The translations under genes and the position numbers were made by a program. A stretch of 51,137 nt of DNA from Longimicrobiales bacterium (lineage in GTDB: Bacteria > Gemmatimonadota > Gemmatimonadetes > Longimicrobiales > RSA9): the NCBI GenBank assembly GCA_035461265.1, contig DATHVO010000078.1, positions 1 through 51,137 of the forward strand. The letters run 5' to 3'. Shown piece after piece: positions 44,826 to 51,137 of this stretch; position 1 is the stretch's first letter; each line of letters starts with the position of its first letter. Below the pieces are notes generated by a model, which was not told the DNA's origin, made no database searches, and saw only the letters and a list, made by a program, of their open reading frames with translations.

Positions 44826-44964
44826 GCCGGAAAGTGTCCGCGGCCGGGGACCCCGTCAAGCGAGGCGACGACCCGGGCAATCTCCTTTTGATCGGTGATG
44901 CAATCGCGGCCCGCCCCCGAAAGGACGGGCCGCGCTGCCCGGTCCCGGACCGTTCTCTCCGCGC

Positions 44965-46290
44965 CTAGTCCGGCCGGGACCCGGCTCCACCGAGGTCGCC
45001 TGTCGCGTAGCGCTCCTCCTCGAGACGGATGCCCTGCAGCTCGATCTCGCTGGCCGGCTGCCAGACCTGGAAGAGCGGCACGCGCGCCAGGAAGAAGGAA
45101 ATCGACGCCAGGTAGAGCCCCGCGAAGAGGAGCAGCAGTCCGGGCTCCTGCCACGAGAGCGGCAGCGTCTCGGTCCCGATCCACAGCGACGGGTAGACCA
45201 TGAGATACCGCTCGAGCCAGAGGCCCAGGAGGCTGATGCTGGCGAAAGTCCCGAACAGGATGGGCGTGCGCTTCGACGGAACGGAGAGCAGGCCGAAGAA
45301 CGGGATGACGAACAGCAGCACACCCACCAGCTGCGCGATGATCCTGAACGGCACCACGAACCGGTGGATGACGAACTCCTGCTCGTGGGGCAGCAGGCCA
45401 TACCAGATCACGATGTACTGGGAGAAGAACATGTACCCCCAGAAGATGGTGAACCCGAAGGCCAGCTTGCCGAGATCCTGCAGCGTCGACGGGAGGATCC
45501 AGTTGTGGAGGCCCAGGCGCGCCCGGAGGGTGATGGTGATGAGCGCCGTCGTCATCACGCCACCCAGGATTGCGCCCATGAAGAAGTAGGGCCCGATGAG
45601 CGTGCTGAACCAGTGGGGCTCGAGGGACATGATGAAGTCCCACGCGAGCATGCCCATGATAAGGGCGTAGATCAGAGCTGCAGCCGGCGCGAGTATGGTG
45701 AGGCGGCGGTGAGCGTGGAGTTCCTCGGCCTCCTGGCCGCGCCAGTTACGCGTGAACCAGGTGTAGGTCGGCCGGAGGCGTGCGGGCACCCGGTCGCGCA
45801 TCAGTCCCATGTCGGGTCTGAGCGCCGTGTACGCGAAGGCGAGGGACACGCCGAAGAGCAGGGTCAGGCCGAAGATAGTCCGGGCCGTGAGGAACGGGAG
45901 GTTGAGCCAGACCTCCTTGCCGTCGTGGAGCGGGTGCTCGACCCAGGGCCAGATGTGCGGCGCGCCGAAGAGGAGGATTGGCACGACGGCGACGAAGGCG
46001 ATGGGCAGGAACGCGACGTGTGCGAGGGCGATCCGGCGGATGGGCCGTGACCAGATCCCCTTTGCGATGGACGTCACGACGGCGAGCATGAACCCGCCCT
46101 GTGCGATGCTCAGGACGAACAGCCAGTTGATGTAGTAGGCGCGCCATGCGCGCGTCGGCTCCATGAGGAGAGCGACGGCGAAGAGGATCGCGCCCAGCGC
46201 GATGAGGGCGATCGTCGCCAGGCGCAGGCCGCTGTTCACCGCCTCGATGCGAGCGGCGGGAAGCTCGTGGACCGCGGTTTCGTAGGACAC
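44965..46290 (-). CDS. actF: Alternative complex III subunit ActF (NrfD-like membrane subunit)
   Basis: Polytopic membrane protein following actE, with gene order B-C-D-E-F. Confidence 0.75.
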   Translation of the reverse strand: MSYETAVHELPAARIEAVNSGLRLATIALIALGAILFAVALLMEPTRAWRAYYINWLFVLSIAQGGFMLAVVTSIAKGIWSRPIRRIALAHVAFLPIAFVAVVPILLFGAPHIWPWVEHPLHDGKEVWLNLPFLTARTIFGLTLLFGVSLAFAYTALRPDMGLMRDRVPARLRPTYTWFTRNWRGQEAEELHAHRRLTILAPAAALIYALIMGMLAWDFIMSLEPHWFSTLIGPYFFMGAILGGVMTTALITITLRARLGLHNWILPSTLQDLGKLAFGFTIFWGYMFFSQYIVIWYGLLPHEQEFVIHRFVVPFRIIAQLVGVLLFVIPFFGLLSVPSKRTPILFGTFASISLLGLWLERYLMVYPSLWIGTETLPLSWQEPGLLLLFAGLYLASISFFLARVPLFQVWQPASEIELQGIRLEEERYATGDLGGAGSRPD

Positions 46291-46305
46291 TCGTTGTTCT
46301 CCTGG

Positions 46306-47007
46306 CTACTGCGGCGTCGCGGCCGTGTCGGCCGCAGGCGCGGCTGGCTCTGCGGGCGTACCGGGCGCCGGCGCGGGCATCGTCGTGGCGGCCGTCGTGT
46401 CCGCCGGCGCGGGCTGCGGCGCGACGCCGGCTGCGCCCTGGAGATGGTTCACGTAATTGACGACGGCCCAGCGCTCGATGTGCGTCATGCGTGCGCCGTA
46501 TGCGGGCATGAGGCCGCGCCCGGCCCGGACGACGCCGTAGACGTATCCGTCGCTCAGTCCCGTCGCTGGCGCCACCACGAGGGACGGCGCGAGCGGGAAC
46601 TTGCCCTGTCCGATGACCGGCCCGTCGCCTCGGCCCTCCACGCCGTGGCACACGCTGCAGTGCCGGTCGTACATGACCTGGCCGAGGGCGAGGGCGGCGG
46701 CATCGTCGGCGGCGAGGGGATTGACGCCCAGCGGGCTCGCGGCGAACTCGCGGAGCGCCTGATCCGTGGCCTCGAGGGGCGGCAGCACGAGGCCGCCTGG
46801 CGACTCGAACGGGATGGCGCCGGGGGGCGGCGGCAGCGGGTGCTCGTAGGGATCGAACGCCGGCGACGACCGCATGTACGCGAACACCGGGACCGACGCC
46901 AGCGCGTTGTCGATGCGGGTACAGCCGGTGCCCGCCGCGACGGCCAGCAATACCAGAGCGGTGGCGCTGCGGCTGCGCGCACGCCGCGTCACGTCAAAGG
47001 TCGCCAA
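46306..47007 (-). CDS. actE: Alternative complex III monoheme cytochrome c lipoprotein ActE
   Basis: Lipobox LLAVAAGTGC, a single CSVCHG heme motif, and a Pro/Ala/Thr-rich C-terminal tail. Confidence 0.8.
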   Translation of the reverse strand: MATFDVTRRARSRSATALVLLAVAAGTGCTRIDNALASVPVFAYMRSSPAFDPYEHPLPPPPGAIPFESPGGLVLPPLEATDQALREFAASPLGVNPLAADDAAALALGQVMYDRHCSVCHGVEGRGDGPVIGQGKFPLAPSLVVAPATGLSDGYVYGVVRAGRGLMPAYGARMTHIERWAVVNYVNHLQGAAGVAPQPAPADTTAATTMPAPAPGTPAEPAAPAADTAATPQ

Positions 47008-47530
47008 CCTTCACCTCCTCCACCTGCTCGCGGATCTCGGCCGCGCCGCTGCCCCGCATGATGTCGCGCACCTCGGCCTCCCGGCCGGGCGCCGTGACGA
47101 GCACGCCGAACCGGTCCGACGAGAAGCTGGGATCGTAGACCTGCAGGATCCTGCGCTGGGGCAGCCGCGCGTTGATCAGCAGGCCCGCGACGGTGGACAG
47201 CGCCCCGAACAGGATGGTCAGTTCGAAGGCCAGGATCACCCATGCCGGGAGGGATATGATGGGCTTGCCGCCGGTGACCAGCGGCCAGTCCATCGACATC
47301 CAGGTGGGCATGGCGAAGCCGGTTGCGGCGCCGGTCAGTCCGCCGACCAGCGTGAACATGCGCACGGGGCTCTCGCCGCCGTGGAGGGCATGCTCCAGGT
47401 CGTGACTCGGGATCGGCGAGAAGACGGTCATCCGCTTCATGCCCGCCGCCCGCAGGCGTTCAATGGTCTCCGCTGCGGCATCGACGTGGTCGTAGATGCC
47501 GAGCATGCCCTGCGTTCGCTGGCCGTTCAT
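46994..47530 (-). CDS. actD: Alternative complex III subunit ActD (DUF3341-like)
   Basis: GMLGIYDHVDAAAETIERLRAAG plus two TM helices. Its ATG overlaps the actC stop (ATGA). The longer listed ORF is rejected. Confidence 0.8.
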   Translation of the reverse strand: MNGQRTQGMLGIYDHVDAAAETIERLRAAGMKRMTVFSPIPSHDLEHALHGGESPVRMFTLVGGLTGAATGFAMPTWMSMDWPLVTGGKPIISLPAWVILAFELTILFGALSTVAGLLINARLPQRRILQVYDPSFSSDRFGVLVTAPGREAEVRDIMRGSGAAEIREQVEEVKVGDL

Positions 47531-48933
47531 CGTCCTTCCTCCGGCGGCCCGATCCTGCCGTGCGATTCGGCCACGCCCTGCTTCGCCTGGCGATACCGCC
47601 GGGGTGCAGGCAGCACCTCCTTCAGCTCGGCCACGGACACGGCCGGCAGCACGCGCAGGAACAGCAGGAACCACATGAAGAACCAGGCGAAGCTGCCCGC
47701 CACGATGGACATCTCCACCCACGATGGCTGGTAGTTCCGCCACTGCCACGGCTCATACTCGTGCGCCAGCGACGTCACGATTATGACGAACCGCTCGAAC
47801 CACATCCCGATGTTGATGAAGATCGTGATGGTGAACAGCGCCGGTATGTTCGTCCGCACCTTCCTGGACCACAGCATCATGGGGATGATGCCGTTGCAGG
47901 TGAGCATGATCCACGTGGCCCACCAGTAGTCGCCGGTCATGCGCCACCAGAAGATCTCGCGTTCGGGCGGCTCGAAGCTGTACCACGCCATGAAGAACTC
48001 GGTCAGGTACGCGTAGAACACGACCATCCCGGTGACCAGCACCATCTTCGCCATGGCATCGAAGTGGCGCGGCGTGAAGTACGCCTGGAGGTTGAAGATC
48101 TTCCGGATGGGCACGATCAGCGTGATCACCATGGCGAGGCCGGAGAAGATGGCGCCGGCAACGAAGTACGGTGCGAAGATCGTGGTGTGCCAGCCCGGCA
48201 CTATGGACATGGCGAAGTCCCAGGACACGACGGAGTGCACGGACAGCACGAGCGGCGTGGCGAGGGCGGCGAGGTAGAGGTATGCCTTGGTGAAGTGACG
48301 CCACTCGTTGGACGTGCCGCGCCAGCCGAAGGCCAGCATCGTGTAGAGCTTCTTGCGCCAGGGCACCGTCGTTGAGTCGCGGGCCGCGGCCAGGTCGGGC
48401 ATCATCCCCAGGATGAAGAACGTCGCGGACACGGTGAAGTAGGTGCCCACGGCGAATACGTCCCAGACCAGCGGCGACTTGAAGTTCGGCCAGAGGCCCC
48501 GCTGGTTCGGGTAGGGCAGCAGGTAGTAGAAGACCCACGGCCGGCCGAGGTGGATGATTGGGAAGAGGCCGGCGGTCATGACGGCGAACACCGTCATTGC
48601 CTCGGCCGCCCGGTAGATCGACTGTCGCCACCGCGCCCGGAACAGGAAGAGCACGGCGGAGATGAGCGTGCCGGAGTGGGCGATGCCGACCCAGAACACG
48701 AAGGTCGTGATGTAGACGCCCCAGCCGACGGGGTTGATGAGGCCGGACATGCCGATGCCCATCACGACCTGGAGCAGCCAGGCGCTCACGCCGACGCCGA
48801 GGACGGCCACGGTGATGGCCAGCAGGATGAAGTAGGACCGGCCGGGCTTGCCGAGGAGCTTCAGGACGTCGCGGTTGACGTCGCCGTAGGACGCGACTTC
48901 CGGGTGCGTCTCGGAGCGGATTACAGTGGCCAT
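47527..48933 (-). CDS. actC: Alternative complex III quinol-interacting subunit ActC (NrfD/PsrC family)
   Basis: A 468-aa polytopic NrfD-like protein immediately after the Fe-S subunit. Confidence 0.9.
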   Translation of the reverse strand: MATVIRSETHPEVASYGDVNRDVLKLLGKPGRSYFILLAITVAVLGVGVSAWLLQVVMGIGMSGLINPVGWGVYITTFVFWVGIAHSGTLISAVLFLFRARWRQSIYRAAEAMTVFAVMTAGLFPIIHLGRPWVFYYLLPYPNQRGLWPNFKSPLVWDVFAVGTYFTVSATFFILGMMPDLAAARDSTTVPWRKKLYTMLAFGWRGTSNEWRHFTKAYLYLAALATPLVLSVHSVVSWDFAMSIVPGWHTTIFAPYFVAGAIFSGLAMVITLIVPIRKIFNLQAYFTPRHFDAMAKMVLVTGMVVFYAYLTEFFMAWYSFEPPEREIFWWRMTGDYWWATWIMLTCNGIIPMMLWSRKVRTNIPALFTITIFINIGMWFERFVIIVTSLAHEYEPWQWRNYQPSWVEMSIVAGSFAWFFMWFLLFLRVLPAVSVAELKEVLPAPRRYRQAKQGVAESHGRIGPPEEGR

Positions 48934-48937
48934 AACC

Positions 48938-51137
48938 TCAGTGCCCCTCTGCCGAGTGCGGCGGCTCCGCGCGGAGCGAGACCTTCTTCAGGTACGTGAT
49001 CGCCGACTGCGTGTTGATCCCCTCGAACACGCGGTACCCCCGGCCGGACGCGGCCACCCGCGACACGCGGGAGTCGGGGTCCTTGATGTTGCCGAAGACG
49101 ATGGCGTCGCCCGGACATGTCTGCGCGCATGCCGGCGTGATCTCGCCATCCGCGGCGCCCCTGTCCTGGAGGCGCGCGGTGTTCTGGGCATCCCTGATCC
49201 GCTGGACGCAGAACGTGCACTTCTCCATGACGCCGGTCTCCCGGACCGTGACGTCGGGATTGAGCTGCCAGTTCAGCGGCTCCGGCCGTTCGTAGGAGAA
49301 CCAGTTGAAGACGCGGACCTTGTACGGGCAGTTGTTGGCGCAGTACCGCGTGCCGACGCACCGGTTGTAGACCTGCGCATTGAGGCCTTCCGGCGTGTGG
49401 TACGCGGCATACACCGGACAGACGGGCTCGCATGGAGCCGTCCCGCACTGCTGGCAGAGCATGGGGAGGAACTGGGTCTCCAGTGTGTCGTCGGCGCCGT
49501 CGAAGTAGCGCTCGATCCGGATCCAGTGGAGGATCCGCCCCTTCTGCACCTGCTCCGGCCCCACGATGCCGATGTTGTTCTCGGCGTAGCAGGCGGTGGT
49601 GCATGCGCTGCAGCCGATGCACCGCTCGAGGTCGATGGCCATGGCCCAGCGTGGCTGGGCCTCGCTGTACTCGCCGTAGTGCGTGCCCGGCTGCGGGAAG
49701 CCGCGGGGCGACGCGTCGATGTCCGCCGGTGCCCAGCCGCCCCCCTCCTGGAGGTTGCGGACGCGCGCATCGAGTGGGTGCACGTCGGGCTCGTGGGGGT
49801 GTGCGGGGCCGGGAACCTGGCCCGGTGCCGAGTAGGCCGTGCCGAGGGGCAGCAGCGCCAGGCCGCGGGCCTCGTCCCGGCGGCGCGCATCCATGAGGGA
49901 GGACGCCCGTGCGATCTCGCGGTCAGCCTGGTCCGTATGCAGCCCTGCCTGGATGGGCCGCTCCCATTTGCCGGTGGGGCGGATGCGGGCGCGCGTCTGG
50001 GCATAGAGCAGCGCGCCGGACATGGGTTCGGCGGCGGGCTCCAGCAGGTCCAGCGGATTGACGCCGCGCTCGTTGGCGTAGCGACCCAGGTGGCGGTGCC
50101 CCTGCCCGAGCTGGATGGCGATGGTGTCCGGCCGTGTGCCGGGGTGCCGCCACACGGGCACGCGGACGGAACCCCGCTCCGTCTCCACGTCCACGATGTG
50201 GCCGTTGTCGAGGCCGAGGCGCTCGGCCGTTCCGGGGTTCACCTCGACCCAGGACGACCAGGCGAACTTGCTCACCGGGTCGGGCAGCTCCTGCAGCCAG
50301 GGCCGGTTGGCGAGGCGGCCGTCGTAGAAACGGTATGACGGATAGACGATGAGATAGAAGGCGTCATCACCCGCGTCGCCGGAGAACGACGCCTCGATCA
50401 GTGACAGCGTGCCCAGGGTCCCGGTCTGCTGTCCCTGCGCCTGCGCGGCCGGCGTGGCAGCAGCGCCCGCCGCGGCGGCGCCCGCTGGCGTTGCCGGTGA
50501 CGGGGACGGCGGCGCGGCGGCCTGGCCGTCCCGGGGGATGAAGCCGACCTGCAGGGCCTCCTTCCACCAGTCCTCGAAACCGGCATCCGAGCCGGTGGAG
50601 ACGGGACCGAGGGACTCCCTCAGGAAGTCGTAGTACGTCGTTGCGGTCGTCGGCAGGGCGGCGTTCAGGCGTCTGGCGACGGACAGGAGCACGTCCCCGG
50701 TCTGCTTGGTCTGGAAGACCGGCACCATGACCGGCTGTACGAGCGCCGTGAGTCCGGTGCGCGGTACGTAGTCGCCCCAGCTCTCGAGGAAGTGGTGGTC
50801 CGGCAGGAGCAGGTGTGCCTTGCGGCTTGTCTCGTCGAGCATGGTCGAGAAGGACGCGATGAACGGCACCATCCCGAGTGCCTGCTCCACGGCCTCGCTG
50901 TCCGGCATGCTGTAGAGCGGATTGGGACCGTGCAGGAGCAGGGCGCCCACCTCGCCGTTGCGCATGCGTGCGACGAGCTGCTGCATCTCCGCATAGCTGC
51001 CGTTGCCCGCTGCGTGCTCCTCGCGGTCGTCGAGACGGACCGTCGTGCCGACGTTGCCGGCCACCTGGTTCAGCACGGCGACGGCCGCGGCCACGGCGGT
51101 GGCGGCGCTGTGGGTGGATGCGATGCCCGGTCCGACG
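48938..51137 (-). CDS. actB: Alternative complex III subunit ActB (molybdopterin-like domain fused to a 4-cluster Fe-S domain), 5'-partial
   Basis: C-terminal CIGCSACTTAC, CQQCGTAPCEPVCP, CVGTRYCANNCP, CTFC and CAQTCP motifs. The N-terminal MopB-like part runs off the window edge. Confidence 0.9.
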   Translation of the reverse strand, partial: VGPGIASTHSAATAVAAAVAVLNQVAGNVGTTVRLDDREEHAAGNGSYAEMQQLVARMRNGEVGALLLHGPNPLYSMPDSEAVEQALGMVPFIASFSTMLDETSRKAHLLLPDHHFLESWGDYVPRTGLTALVQPVMVPVFQTKQTGDVLLSVARRLNAALPTTATTYYDFLRESLGPVSTGSDAGFEDWWKEALQVGFIPRDGQAAAPPSPSPATPAGAAAAGAAATPAAQAQGQQTGTLGTLSLIEASFSGDAGDDAFYLIVYPSYRFYDGRLANRPWLQELPDPVSKFAWSSWVEVNPGTAERLGLDNGHIVDVETERGSVRVPVWRHPGTRPDTIAIQLGQGHRHLGRYANERGVNPLDLLEPAAEPMSGALLYAQTRARIRPTGKWERPIQAGLHTDQADREIARASSLMDARRRDEARGLALLPLGTAYSAPGQVPGPAHPHEPDVHPLDARVRNLQEGGGWAPADIDASPRGFPQPGTHYGEYSEAQPRWAMAIDLERCIGCSACTTACYAENNIGIVGPEQVQKGRILHWIRIERYFDGADDTLETQFLPMLCQQCGTAPCEPVCPVYAAYHTPEGLNAQVYNRCVGTRYCANNCPYKVRVFNWFSYERPEPLNWQLNPDVTVRETGVMEKCTFCVQRIRDAQNTARLQDRGAADGEITPACAQTCPGDAIVFGNIKDPDSRVSRVAASGRGYRVFEGINTQSAITYLKKVSLRAEPPHSAEGH

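Overview
Very GC-rich chromosomal segment with about 50 genes. Long antisense shadow ORFs are common, and many genes are joined by 4-nt start/stop overlaps. The gene content (alternative complex III, a GWxTD protein, an S46 peptidase) suggests a Gemmatimonadota-like organism, but this is a low-confidence inference. Most of the window is housekeeping: ssb, polA, csp, a five-gene peptide ABC transporter, gcvH with a lipoate-ligase-like gene, two acyl-CoA dehydrogenases, a P-type ATPase, GroES-like plus Hsp33, rocD, peptidases, TrmJ, and actB-F on the minus strand running off the 3' end. The region most worth follow-up is 2.5-9.9 kb. It holds an Rrf2-led, translationally coupled ba3-like (B-family) heme-copper oxidase operon: Rrf2, small TM protein, CuA subunit II, subunit I, small TM protein, Sco, heme O synthase. 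Subunit I keeps all six His ligands but reads Gln where the His-cross-linked Tyr should be, which is an NO-reductase-like signature. Transcribed divergently from it is an unusual fusion of di-heme cytochrome b, 2x[4Fe-4S] ferredoxin and an MvhD-like domain, followed by an exported unknown protein and a DUF2249-like protein. Other non-coding observations: two copies of a ~186-bp element with terminal inverted repeats, each lying just after a stop codon in the same orientation relative to that gene; a (GTTCCC)n microsatellite with G-quadruplex potential in a promoter region; and a ~290-nt candidate structured leader or sRNA ending in a strong intrinsic terminator upstream of a lytic transglycosylase. 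I recognised no rRNA, tRNA, CRISPR array, IS element or prophage.
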